A stretch of DNA of 64,000 bases from Candidatus Cloacimonadales bacterium (GTDB lineage Bacteria; Cloacimonadota; Cloacimonadia; Cloacimonadales; JAFGVF01): contig OY782781.1 of assembly GCA_963678315.1 (NCBI GenBank), forward strand, positions 2,720,001 through 2,784,000. The letters are read 5' to 3'. The notes under the pieces were generated by a model, which was given only the letters and a program-made list of their open reading frames with translations, did no database searches and was not told the DNA's origin. How positions within the stretch are numbered: position 1 is the stretch's first letter; each line of letters opens with the position of its first letter. Positions 9,199 to 19,647 of this stretch are shown piece after piece. The position numbers and the translations under genes are program-made.

Positions 9199-12100
9199 CT
9201 ATTTCATAAGAACCATTTTTCTAGTTGAAGTTTGTTTTCCAGCTTTTAACTTATAGAAGTAAACACCAGAAGCAACACTTTGATTGTTATTGTTAACGCC
9301 ATTCCAAACAATATTATGTGTTCCTGCTTTCATATCTTCATTGACTAATGTAGAAACTTTTTGTCCTTTAATATTGTAGATTGAAAGTTCAACATCTTTT
9401 ACATCTTTATTTAATGTAAAACTAATGTTTGTTTCAGGATTGAATGGGTTAGGGTAGTTTTGGTTAAGAACTGAGTTAACAGGAGCAACATCATTATCTG
9501 CAACAGGAACTGTAGTTACATCAACGAATTGAGCATAAACACCAAGAATGGTTGTTTTACCTGAAGAAATACCATCTGCCCAAGTAATGAAAGCTTTTCC
9601 ATCACCGATAGAAGCAACTTTAGGATTCTTTTGATCTTTTCTTTCTGTAGTAACATCAGCACCAGCATTTGACCAAAGAACATCACCATTATATCTAAAT
9701 ACATTCATAGATATGTCAATTTCTTCTTCTGCAGCATCTTCCCATGCAGAAATATAATAACCACGTGAGATTTCACCAATAGCAGGTTTAGTTTGTGTGC
9801 CTTCAGCAATACCTATTTCAAGTCCTCTTTCTCCCCATGCACTTGTTCCATCAAAATTAATCTTTTGAGCTCTTACATCTTGGTCAGATAAGTTTTCATG
9901 CCATACTGTATAAAGACCATCTTCACCAGCTACTATGCTAGGACGTTTAGCTTCATGAGGAGCACCACCAACTAAACTTGGAGTAACTTCGATATCATTA
10001 TCGAACATTTCTGTACCATCATCAGCAAAACCTTGAGCAAATATTGAGAAGATATAATCATCTCTGTTATCAGCCCAAACATAATATAATTGGTCATCAA
10101 CTACAACACCATTACCATTATCAACAGAAGCATCTGCAGTAGAGATTAAATTACCTTCAACTGAATAACCTTCAGCAATAGAACCATCTTGATTTACTTT
10201 AGCAACTCTTCTTTTAACAGCAGAATAACTCCATAAGTAATATGAACCAACGATATCATTAATCATAGCTTCTTGCATAGGTGAACCAGCTTCTTGGTCT
10301 GATAAAAGAAGACCGTTATCACCCCATTGTTTGTCACCATTATGCATTCTTTGACCGTAAACTTTATTGTAATATGAGAAATCTTGTTCAATTAAATCAG
10401 CCCAACCAATATAGAAGTCACCATCTTCATGGTTCCAAGAAACATTTGGAGCTGATTGACCGATAGTCGCAAAAGTAGGAGTCATTTCTAAACCAGTGTC
10501 ACCCCATAAATAGCTACCGTCAACATCTAGTAATTGAGCGTAAACTTTAGGAGTTGAACCACGTTGTTCAATCCAAACAACACAAGTTTGACCTTGGTTG
10601 TTAACAGCTGAATCAAATTCTGCTTGAGTTGTTCCAGTTGAAATAGTAATAGCTTTACCATTCACATCAAGGTCAATAGAACCATCTTCATTAACATATT
10701 GGAACATGATTTGGTAACCATTACTAGCTCCACGAGTATCCTGCCATAAAACAACAGCATCATCTTGAGAAGGGCGACCATGAGCTTGAAGTTCACCTTC
10801 TGCACCTGCATCACCTGAAAGACCGATAAACACAGTTTCGCCATCTTCAACTAATATAGGAGAACCAGCAGCAGTAACAATTTGTTGAGTAATACCTAAT
10901 GAACCAGTTCTTAAATCAAACCAAACAGCGAAAACATTATCACCTGACTTTTTGATAAGAGCATTGTTTTGTTCATTAATAGCATCACAAATAATCATAC
11001 CATCTTCATTCCAACCAAAAGTACCATCACTTTCAACGTGTTGAGCATAAATATCTACTTGAGGGTAATCATTTGTTCTAGCGTCAGTCCATACAACATA
11101 AACACCTCCGTTACCATCGTCAGAAGTTCTAATTGAACCTTCACGAACAGCATCAGGAGCTATTTCAACACCATCAGCATTCCATTGGTGAACACCATCA
11201 GAATTTAATTTCTGAGCATAAACACCTGTTAGCTCGATAGTATTTCTTGTATCTTCCCAAACAACAACAACAGAACCATTACCAACTTCTCTTAATCTAG
11301 GTCTATTTTGACCATGACCGTCATTTGAAGGTTCATCACCATAAACCACAACAGGTGCAGTCCATGCATAATCGCCGTTAGCTAAGATACGGTGAGCGTA
11401 TATATCTGAAGAGGTATAACGAGCATCTTGCCATGCGAAAACATAGCCACCAAGTCCATCAGGAACAACTTTAACCGATTCTTGGTTACCTGTTTCAACC
11501 ACAAGCTCTTTAGGTTCTCCCCATTCAGAAGTTCCATCACTGTTAATTCTTTTTACATAGATATCTTTTTGATTATTTTCTTCAACGATATAAGCAATAA
11601 CAAAACCACCGAAGCCATCTTCTCTCATTGAGTTTTGTCCTTCACTTAAATCAGTATTAGCTATAGGATGACCATCAGCAGTCCATTGGTTAACACCTTG
11701 ACTATTTAAATGAGCTGCATATAAATCTTGAGATGGGTTACGGCTATCTTTCCATAGAATGTAAGCACCACCTTCATCATCTTCAACAATATTTAGAGAG
11801 ATTTGGATTTCTGGATTAGAGCAAACAGCAACCCCACCATCTTGCCACATTAACTGACCATCATCACTTATTTTTTGGGCATAAACATCACCATTTTGAT
11901 CATTTGAGAAGTCTAACCATGCAATGATGTAATCATTATTTGATGTCTCAATAATCACTGGATCTTCTTGTCTATCGATTTTATTATCAACTAAAAGAGG
12001 TTCATCACCCCATGCACTATTTCCATTACTATCATATTTCATTGCCCAAAGGTCTCTATCGCCAAAGCGAGTATCCGACCATGAATAAATCATTCCACCA

Positions 12101-12234
12101 TCATCAGTTGGAATTGCAGTTCTAAACCACTCAATGTTAGCACCTTGTCTTAATGGAACAGCTGTATCCCATTGTGTTTGTGCGCTAGCTAGAGTTATCA
12201 ATACTAAGAATAAGATCACTAATCTAGATTTCAT
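9199..12234 (-). CDS. Large secreted repeat (beta-propeller-like) protein with FlgD-Ig/T9SS-type C-terminal domain
   Basis: Signal peptide; about 16 repeats of W.D.R....D.YAQ....G...W; C-terminal QNYPNPFNPET...IYNIKGQKV...SGVYFYKL..RKMVLMK. Confidence 0.85.
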   Translation of the reverse strand: MKSRLVILFLVLITLASAQTQWDTAVPLRQGANIEWFRTAIPTDDGGMIYSWSDTRFGDRDLWAMKYDSNGNSAWGDEPLLVDNKIDRQEDPVIIETSNNDYIIAWLDFSNDQNGDVYAQKISDDGQLMWQDGGVAVCSNPEIQISLNIVEDDEGGAYILWKDSRNPSQDLYAAHLNSQGVNQWTADGHPIANTDLSEGQNSMREDGFGGFVIAYIVEENNQKDIYVKRINSDGTSEWGEPKELVVETGNQESVKVVPDGLGGYVFAWQDARYTSSDIYAHRILANGDYAWTAPVVVYGDEPSNDGHGQNRPRLREVGNGSVVVVWEDTRNTIELTGVYAQKLNSDGVHQWNADGVEIAPDAVREGSIRTSDDGNGGVYVVWTDARTNDYPQVDIYAQHVESDGTFGWNEDGMIICDAINEQNNALIKKSGDNVFAVWFDLRTGSLGITQQIVTAAGSPILVEDGETVFIGLSGDAGAEGELQAHGRPSQDDAVVLWQDTRGASNGYQIMFQYVNEDGSIDLDVNGKAITISTGTTQAEFDSAVNNQGQTCVVWIEQRGSTPKVYAQLLDVDGSYLWGDTGLEMTPTFATIGQSAPNVSWNHEDGDFYIGWADLIEQDFSYYNKVYGQRMHNGDKQWGDNGLLLSDQEAGSPMQEAMINDIVGSYYLWSYSAVKRRVAKVNQDGSIAEGYSVEGNLISTADASVDNGNGVVVDDQLYYVWADNRDDYIFSIFAQGFADDGTEMFDNDIEVTPSLVGGAPHEAKRPSIVAGEDGLYTVWHENLSDQDVRAQKINFDGTSAWGERGLEIGIAEGTQTKPAIGEISRGYYISAWEDAAEEEIDISMNVFRYNGDVLWSNAGADVTTERKDQKNPKVASIGDGKAFITWADGISSGKTTILGVYAQFVDVTTVPVADNDVAPVNSVLNQNYPNPFNPETNISFTLNKDVKDVELSIYNIKGQKVSTLVNEDMKAGTHNIVWNGVNNNNQSVASGVYFYKLKAGKQTSTRKMVLMK

Positions 12235-12317
12235 TAGTTTCCTCCATATATTAAATAATTAAATTTCATTTTTTATTACACAATGCAATAACCTTTCCAA
12301 AAAAGAACTTGATTCTA

Positions 12318-13265
12318 TTATATAGAAGGTATATATAGGTGTTGTTTACGCTCATTGAACTTTGAAATAAGCTGACCGTGCAAGTCTATTACTGCTTTCA
12401 TTGACTTTATTGCCTTAGCAGAGATAGACTTAGTTTCTGGCTCATAGAACCACTTTATTGATAAGAAGAGATCATCATCATCTAACATTTGTACAAACTT
12501 AGGAATATCAAAATCACTATCACTATATTTAAATTCAACAACTTTATCAATTGTTACATTGTAGTTCTGTACTCTTTGAGAATGCTTGTTAAAGAAGAAT
12601 TTATGTGAAGAAGATCCCACCTCTATTGTCTCAAGTGTTGATTCTAACTGTGAAGGAACAAGCTGTACTATTAGTTCAGGACCTTTGTAGCCGTTAAGTC
12701 TTGTAATAACTTTTATTGGAGCATCAATGGATGAGAGTTCTCCCACTCCTTCTCTTTCAGAGTAATTGAAGTTATTTTTAGAGTCATTTATCAACTCAAA
12801 ATACTCACTTAAGTGCTTATCATTTGATTTTTTAACTCTTGCTAAATATGTTTCTTTAGACTGTTTTAATCTTGGATTTCTTTCGGAAATTCTATATTTC
12901 TTAAGTAATTGTTGGTATTCGAAATTATAAGCATATAGCTTTCCTTTTACAGCTAAAGAGTCAAGGTTAGTTAAATGATTATTTAAATGTTCTTCTATTT
13001 TTTCTTGTAATGAATCAATGATAGCTTCATCATTGTCTTTTAATCTTCCTTTTTTTGCTTCATCAATATTGTCAGATGCAGTCTTATAGTCTTCAGCTTG
13101 ATATGCTTCAATAGCTCTTTTGAGGAGTCTACTCTTAGCATCTTCTACACTATATTTAAATCTAGTACTAGCACTATCTTGATTAGCTTCTTCTTTAGAG
13201 TTATTGCATCCTAAAACAACAATTGTACAAGCAAGAAGTAGGAATACGACTTTAGTAATTTTCAT
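12318..13265 (-). CDS. Hypothetical lipoprotein
   Basis: Lipobox VLGC; SD GGAGG; 315-aa ORF. Confidence 0.75.
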   Translation of the reverse strand: MKITKVVFLLLACTIVVLGCNNSKEEANQDSASTRFKYSVEDAKSRLLKRAIEAYQAEDYKTASDNIDEAKKGRLKDNDEAIIDSLQEKIEEHLNNHLTNLDSLAVKGKLYAYNFEYQQLLKKYRISERNPRLKQSKETYLARVKKSNDKHLSEYFELINDSKNNFNYSEREGVGELSSIDAPIKVITRLNGYKGPELIVQLVPSQLESTLETIEVGSSSHKFFFNKHSQRVQNYNVTIDKVVEFKYSDSDFDIPKFVQMLDDDDLFLSIKWFYEPETKSISAKAIKSMKAVIDLHGQLISKFNERKQHLYIPSI

Positions 13266-13285
13266 TATGCCTCCATTAATTACAT

Positions 13286-15457
13286 TTATTTAATTATTTT
13301 TTCAATATCTTGTTTACTATATCTTTTATTCTCTTGTTGATAATTCTTTAATTGTCTGATGACATCACTTCTTAAATCTACGTAAGCTACAACTTTGTAG
13401 AACATATAATTACTAAAATCACCTACTCTATAATGAGTGAAAGAAGTGTCTTCAGTAAATCCAAGATAGAAGAAATAGTCTGATTCATTTGATATTTCAC
13501 TGTAATAGACAATATAACCAGCTGGATTAACAGGAGAATCATATATATTTTCAGTAACATCATCCCATTCTATCAGAGCATTAGAGTTTTGAAAAGAGAC
13601 CTGCACATTCTCTGGTATCTTTGGTGGAGCATATTCGCATATTCCTTTTAGAGGAACTGCAATGCGGGGATTATTCTCAGAAGTGTTGTATACAATTAGT
13701 GAATCGCTATAGCTTCCTACATGCTGAGGGAAGAAGTTAACTAAAACTTCTACTGAGCTGTTTGGCTCAATATCTACATTTAGTGAATCAAATACATAGT
13801 TAAAAGCACTCTGATTTTGGCTAAACTGGATATCTGTAATCTGGAAAGCCTTAGTTCCAATATTACTGAATATTAATGTAGAATCCGGTGAGCTATCTGT
13901 AAGGTATAATAATCCAAAGTTAATTCCATTATCATCTGAGAAATCAAGAATAGGATGTGCTATAGCCTCTATATAGTTAGTCATACTCTTAGTTTTAGAA
14001 TGATATTTATCACTAATTGTAAGAGAAACATCAAATAAGCCTTCTTGATTATATGTATGAACAGGACTTTCTTCATTAGAGCTTTGACCATCCCCAAAAT
14101 CCCATAGATAAGAAATAAGGTCACCCTGTGAACTTGATGTAAAAGCTACATCAAATGGGATATCTCCAGTCCAAACATTATTCGTAAAGTTAGCAATTAA
14201 GTCATACCCTTGCCCACTTACTGGAAATAGTTGAAACTGGTTGTTTACGTCATTACTAAGAATAATCAAGTTTCCTTCAATCAAATCATAATTAGTTGGA
14301 GTAAAGTTAACATCAACACTAACTGTTTCCATTGAATTAATGACTAAGTTTACATCTCTGTCTTCAGCCGTTACATTGAATTTGTTAGTAGAAGAAAGTA
14401 TATTGGATATGACTAAATCACTCCCTCCATAGTTAGAAAGTGAAAGAGAAAGGGTAGCTGTATCATTAATTGAAACATTACCAAATGCAAGTTCATTAAT
14501 ATCAATAAAGAGATATGGAGAACTCGCGATCTCGATAGTAACATAGTCTTCTTTGGTTGTTGTGGAAGAAACACCGTCCCAATTTACTGTTAAGGAAACA
14601 CTATATGTTCCAGGAGCATCATAAAAACAACTTGGGTTTTGCTCTGTAGAATCAATAATTCCATCATTATCAAAATCCCACTCCCATGAATCTACAGCTC
14701 CATCTGATAAATCTGTAAAGTTCACTGTAGAACCAAATAAACTAGATTGATTATCAACTGTGAAATCACATGAAACATCCCAGTTATCTTGGTGGTACAA
14801 TTCTTGTATATCAGCAATATCTAATACTCTATCATATACTCTAACATCATCAATATAGCCTTCGAAGTAACCGTCGTCTCCCCTACCAATTCTTAAATCG
14901 CCATTATTATCGTATGGAGGAACTGTAAAAGATTCTGTATCTATAAGTTGTCCATTAATATATGCTTTTAGAATATTGCCATTACTATCAAAGGTCATAG
15001 TTGCCATGAAATATTGATTAATGGCAGCACCCACATTTGAAAGAATCTGATAATCATTATCATATTCATCTTCATACCAGAACTCTATCTTAGGTTCGGA
15101 ACCTGTAGTTAAGTACTGAATTTGATAATAGTGTTCTGAAATACCTTTATCGATAATCTCGCCAATATTTAACTCTGTAGCCTTGTACCAGACATTGATA
15201 GTATAATTATCCGGAGTTAGAAACTCTGAGTCATCAATCTTTACAAAGGCATCTCCATTAAAATACAAAGCGCTATTTTCATTGCCAAATCTATCAGTTG
15301 AAAAGACAGCACCGAGGTTTTCCCCATCATTTCCATTTAGAGTTTGGTCGACAACTGTCTCATTAAAGGGGTAATAGGCTACTAATCCTGTATTTATGTC
15401 AGCAAAGACACTAGTTATTAGAATTAGGATTATTGAAAGCAATAGGATTCTTTTCAT
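13286..15457 (-). CDS. Secreted LamG + PKD + Ig-like multidomain protein
   Basis: GLVAYYPFN..DRFG LamG-type start, F.G.IDDVRVYDR, PKD motifs WEWDFDNDG and YLWDFGDG; likely start MKRILL. Confidence 0.85.
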   Translation of the reverse strand: MKRILLLSIILILITSVFADINTGLVAYYPFNETVVDQTLNGNDGENLGAVFSTDRFGNENSALYFNGDAFVKIDDSEFLTPDNYTINVWYKATELNIGEIIDKGISEHYYQIQYLTTGSEPKIEFWYEDEYDNDYQILSNVGAAINQYFMATMTFDSNGNILKAYINGQLIDTESFTVPPYDNNGDLRIGRGDDGYFEGYIDDVRVYDRVLDIADIQELYHQDNWDVSCDFTVDNQSSLFGSTVNFTDLSDGAVDSWEWDFDNDGIIDSTEQNPSCFYDAPGTYSVSLTVNWDGVSSTTTKEDYVTIEIASSPYLFIDINELAFGNVSINDTATLSLSLSNYGGSDLVISNILSSTNKFNVTAEDRDVNLVINSMETVSVDVNFTPTNYDLIEGNLIILSNDVNNQFQLFPVSGQGYDLIANFTNNVWTGDIPFDVAFTSSSQGDLISYLWDFGDGQSSNEESPVHTYNQEGLFDVSLTISDKYHSKTKSMTNYIEAIAHPILDFSDDNGINFGLLYLTDSSPDSTLIFSNIGTKAFQITDIQFSQNQSAFNYVFDSLNVDIEPNSSVEVLVNFFPQHVGSYSDSLIVYNTSENNPRIAVPLKGICEYAPPKIPENVQVSFQNSNALIEWDDVTENIYDSPVNPAGYIVYYSEISNESDYFFYLGFTEDTSFTHYRVGDFSNYMFYKVVAYVDLRSDVIRQLKNYQQENKRYSKQDIEKIIK

Positions 15458-15473
15458 GTTCATCTCGTTGATA

Positions 15474-15980
15474 TTATTCAGTGTAAAGGGCAATAAATGT
15501 AAGTTCTTGATTTAAAGCGTAATATGTTTCCATTTTCAATTTGAATAATTGATATCCAAATAAGAATTCTTCGTACTCTGATTGTATTTCAGCTTCAGGA
15601 TTAGTACTTGCTGCTTTTAAAGCTTCAGCATCGAGTTCTTTAGCCGCTCTCAATCCATTATATAGGGCACTATTAGCTTCAATAAATTCTTTATGAAGAA
15701 ACTTAATTTCAATAGTTTCCCCATCTATCAATGCCATTTGTTGAAGGTATTCTTCCATAGAATCAAGATAGCCACCTTGTAAGTGTTCTATTAGTTCAAA
15801 CAATGCTTGACTATCACTATTATCGATTCTTCTTAGTAATCCTTCAAGCTCGGTATTTTCGATTAAATCTTGATGTTTCTCTACAGCTTTCTTATAGTTC
15901 AATATATCTTCTTTTATTGTTACAGCAAAAACACTAGTAGTTAAAAATGTTATTAGTAAAACAATGATTATCTTTTTCAT
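15474..15980 (-). CDS. Hypothetical secreted helical protein
   Basis: Signal peptide ..TTSVFA; translationally coupled to hldD. Confidence 0.7.
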   Translation of the reverse strand: MKKIIIVLLITFLTTSVFAVTIKEDILNYKKAVEKHQDLIENTELEGLLRRIDNSDSQALFELIEHLQGGYLDSMEEYLQQMALIDGETIEIKFLHKEFIEANSALYNGLRAAKELDAEALKAASTNPEAEIQSEYEEFLFGYQLFKLKMETYYALNQELTFIALYTE

Positions 15981-16948
15981 TAATATGTCCTTAAATCTTT
16001 ATTTAAATAGTTTATTACGTAGTCTTTTACAGCATCCTCAAGTTTTGTGAACTTCACTGGGCATCCAGCATCCATCAGCTTTTGATTATCTGCTTTTGTA
16101 TAATACTGATACTTCTTTTTTAAGTGTTGAGGCATGGGGATATACTCAATGCTAGGTGTTAAATCAAGAGCAGAGAATACACTCTTTACAAGGTCATTCC
16201 AAGTTCTCGCTTGACCAGTACCAATGTTAAATATACCATTAATTTTAGGGTTTTTCATTAGCCAGTAAATTATCTTTGCAACATCCTTAACGTAAACAAA
16301 GTCTCTCATTTGTTCTCCGTCTGCATAGTCCGGATTCTCAGATTTAAACAATTTTACAGAGCCATTTTCTTTTATTTGGAAGAAAGAATTATACACAACA
16401 CTAGTCATAGATCCTTTATGATACTCATTAGGTCCAAAAACATTAAAGAACTTTAGCCCACATACATTATTAATTAAACCTGATTTAATAGCGACTTCAT
16501 CTAAGAACTGTTTTGAATAGCCATACATGTTTAAAGGTCTATAATTTGGTGTAACATCATGGTCATCAGAGTAGCCTTTAGATCCATCTCCATAGGTTGC
16601 AGCAGATGATGCATAAATGAATCTAACATTATTCTCAATTGACCACTCCATAAGAATACGAGTGTACTCAGTATTATTAGAATAGAGATAATCAGCATCT
16701 AATTCAGTTGTTGAAGAACATGCTCCCATATGAATAATGGCTTCGATTTCAGGCAATGAGTCTTCTAGTAATTCTTCTATAAACTTACTTTTATGAATAT
16801 ATTCATCGTACTTTTTGCCGACTAAGTTCTTCCACTTTTCTGTTTTAGAAAGGTTATCTACAATAATTATATCTTCCCTACCCTTCTTATTCAAATATGA
16901 TACAACTGCACTTCCAATTAAGCCAGCACCACCTGTAACTATTATCAT
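15980..16948 (-). CDS. hldD: ADP-L-glycero-D-manno-heptose 6-epimerase
   Basis: MIIVTGGAGLIGS, HMGACSSTTE, YASSAATYG, YGYSK, FFNVFGPNEYHKGSM. Confidence 0.95.
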   Translation of the reverse strand: MIIVTGGAGLIGSAVVSYLNKKGREDIIIVDNLSKTEKWKNLVGKKYDEYIHKSKFIEELLEDSLPEIEAIIHMGACSSTTELDADYLYSNNTEYTRILMEWSIENNVRFIYASSAATYGDGSKGYSDDHDVTPNYRPLNMYGYSKQFLDEVAIKSGLINNVCGLKFFNVFGPNEYHKGSMTSVVYNSFFQIKENGSVKLFKSENPDYADGEQMRDFVYVKDVAKIIYWLMKNPKINGIFNIGTGQARTWNDLVKSVFSALDLTPSIEYIPMPQHLKKKYQYYTKADNQKLMDAGCPVKFTKLEDAVKDYVINYLNKDLRTY

Positions 16949-17751
16949 TACATCCTCCAATTCTTCATAATAAGCAATAAGAAATAAAATATTGGGGCTG
17001 ATACAAATAGACTATCAAATCTATCAATAAGACCACCATGTCCAGGTATTAAGTTAGAACTATCTTTTACTTTTAAATCTCTCTTTATTATTGATTCAAT
17101 TAAATCGCCAAACTGTCCAAATATCCCTGCTGATATTACAGCAAATAAAAGATGTTGCCATTCAAATAAATCTGTAAACAGGTATATCAACAAACCAGTA
17201 ATACCTGTTAATATAAAACCACCCAAGAAGCCTTCTAGTGACTTCTTTGGACTAGCAATAAATATATTCCTATGTTTTCCAAACTTCATACCAATAAAGT
17301 AAGCGAAAGAATCTGTTGTCCAACAAAATATTTGCAATAACAATACTAATTTATAACCTGCAAATTCATTTGATAATCTATAAATAGACGCAGGCATAAT
17401 CATAGTATAAACTACAGCCAGTAGAGAAAAGCCTATAATTGAGGCGGCTTGTTCAATTCTGTTTGTTAAAACATTGTGTCCAGCTACAAAAATAAAAGTT
17501 CCAACAATAATAAAGTAAATATACTCAAAACCTTGTATAGAACTTATCAAGAATATTGGTATTGATAAGGGCACAAGTAAAACAGGTACATAAAGCCCTT
17601 TACCTTCTTTTATTATATTGCGAATTTCCCAAGTTGCACCAAAACTAAGAAGTCCTAGAAACACAAGAAGGGCTATATCACCATAATAATAAATAAGCAA
17701 TAATAAAGGGATAAAGATTAGAGCTACAATTACTCTTTTTATTAGTTCCAT
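16948..17751 (-). CDS. cdsA: Phosphatidate cytidylyltransferase
   Basis: DSFAYF.G, SPKKS.EG, GDL.ES..KR...KDS..LIPGHGG..DRFD. Confidence 0.96.
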   Translation of the reverse strand: MELIKRVIVALIFIPLLLLIYYYGDIALLVFLGLLSFGATWEIRNIIKEGKGLYVPVLLVPLSIPIFLISSIQGFEYIYFIIVGTFIFVAGHNVLTNRIEQAASIIGFSLLAVVYTMIMPASIYRLSNEFAGYKLVLLLQIFCWTTDSFAYFIGMKFGKHRNIFIASPKKSLEGFLGGFILTGITGLLIYLFTDLFEWQHLLFAVISAGIFGQFGDLIESIIKRDLKVKDSSNLIPGHGGLIDRFDSLFVSAPIFYFLLLIMKNWRM

Positions 17752-18489
17752 TTACTCAGCTCCATAGCGTCTATTTCTTTTTTGATAATTTAGAATAGCC
17801 GTAACAAAATCTTCTTTTGAGAAGTCTGGCCATAATACGTCGGTAAAGCAAAACTCAGTATAAGCTGATTGCCATAACAAGTAATTAGAGAGTCGTTGTT
17901 CTCCACTTGTTCTAATCATTAGCTCAGGATCAGGTATATTTGCAGTATATAGGTGTTCTGCTATTATCTCTTCACTGATATCTTCTGCCTTAAGTTCATG
18001 TTTTTGAACCTTATCTGCCAAACTTTTTACAGCATCAAGGATTTCTCTTCTTCCCCCATAGTTAAATGCTACATTAACATTTAAGCCTGTATTAGCTAGA
18101 GATTTAGCACAAGCCTTCTCAATTTTATCAAGATAGTTTTTATCTAAATTCTCTTTTGATCCAATGAATTTAACTCTAACATTATTTTCTATCAATTCGT
18201 CTATTTCTTTTAATAGAGTATTCAGGATTAGTTTTAATAGACCTGAAACTTCGCTGTCTTGTCTTCTCCAGTTCTCTGTAGAAAAGGCATAAAGGGTAAG
18301 ATATTCAATTCCAAGTTCATGACAAACTTCTATAGTTTCTCTTACAGCTCTAGCACCGTGTTTATGTCCATAAAGCCTATTTTGTAGTCTTTTCTTAGCC
18401 CATCTTCCGTTGCCATCCATAATAACGGAAACATGTTTTGGAATATTATTCTTATCAACTTGTTCCAGAAGTGTTTTATAATCTCTCAT
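17752..18489 (-). CDS. uppS: Undecaprenyl diphosphate synthase
   Basis: IMDGNGRWA, YAFSTENW.R, NYGGR.E, IRTSGEQRLSNYLLWQ. Confidence 0.97.
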   Translation of the reverse strand: MRDYKTLLEQVDKNNIPKHVSVIMDGNGRWAKKRLQNRLYGHKHGARAVRETIEVCHELGIEYLTLYAFSTENWRRQDSEVSGLLKLILNTLLKEIDELIENNVRVKFIGSKENLDKNYLDKIEKACAKSLANTGLNVNVAFNYGGRREILDAVKSLADKVQKHELKAEDISEEIIAEHLYTANIPDPELMIRTSGEQRLSNYLLWQSAYTEFCFTDVLWPDFSKEDFVTAILNYQKRNRRYGAE

Positions 18490-19594
18490 CTATTTCTCCG
18501 CTTTCCATTTTAGGTAAGAATTTATAAATTCATTTAAATCGCCATTCATAACTCTTTCAGTATTACCAATATCATAATTTGTTCTATGATCTTTAACCAT
18601 CTGATATGGATGGAAAACATAAGAACGAATCTGACTTCCCCAAGAGATATCACTCTTAGAATCTTCAGTTTCTTGTCTCTCTTTTCTTCTTTCTTCTTCT
18701 AATTGTTCATATATTCTTGATTTCAAAATCTGCATTGCTTTTTCTTTATTTTGTGTTTGAGAACGTTGATTTTGACAAGACACAACTATATTAGTTGGTA
18801 AATGGGTTATTCTTACAGCTGAATCAGTTGTATTGACATGTTGACCACCAGCCCCACTAGCTCTATATGTGTCTATTTTAAGATCTTTTTGATTGATTTC
18901 AACTTCAATATCATCTTCTATCTGAGCATAAACAAAGACAGATGCAAAAGATGTCTGTCTTTTACCCTGAGCATTGAAAGGTGAGATACGAACTAATCTA
19001 TGAACACCAATTTCTGATTTTAAGAATCCAAATGCATAATCACCAGTAATCTCAACAGAAACAGATTTAACTCCTGCTTCGTCACCGTTGACATACTCAA
19101 CAATATCATACTTATAGCCGTTACTATCACACCATTTGGTATACATTCTCAACAACATTTCAGCCCAGTCTTGAGATTCAGTTCCACCTGCGCCAGGGTG
19201 AATACTTAAGATAGCATTATTGTGATCAAATTTGCCATTAAGGAGAAACTCTACTTCGTATTTATCAATAACTTTTTGTGTATCATTAATATATTCAACA
19301 ATTTCATCAGCTAAATCTTTTTCGAATTCTTCGTCTATGAGTAATGAATAAGTATCTATGTCATCAATAAAATTTTCTAATTCTGTTAGCTGTTCAGATT
19401 TGTTCTTTAAGTTAGATAGTTCTTTTGTTACTTTTTTAGCATTATCCTGATTGTTCCAGAAATCAGGATCATTCATAATTTGTTCTAATTTATTTATTTG
19501 CTTATCGATATCAGTCTTGTCAAAGTAACCTCCTGATATCGTTGATTCTCGTAGATATATCTTTAAAATTCTTTTTAATTTCGAAAACTTCCAT
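18490..19594 (-). CDS. prfB: Peptide chain release factor 2 (programmed +1 frameshift after codon 24)
   Basis: SPF and GGQ motifs; 24-codon ORF from ATG 19594 ends AGG AGG TTA CTT TGA C, and the +1 frame continues DKTDIDKQ...MNDPDFW. Confidence 0.97.
19519..19534 (-). promoter_or_regulatory. prfB frameshift cassette
   Basis: Internal SD AGGAGG, 3 nt, then CTT TGA C. Confidence 0.95.
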
Positions 19595-19647
19595 TAAAAC
19601 TCCATCTTTTTTCTCAAATATTTATAATTCTAATTTTTAGTCAATAA

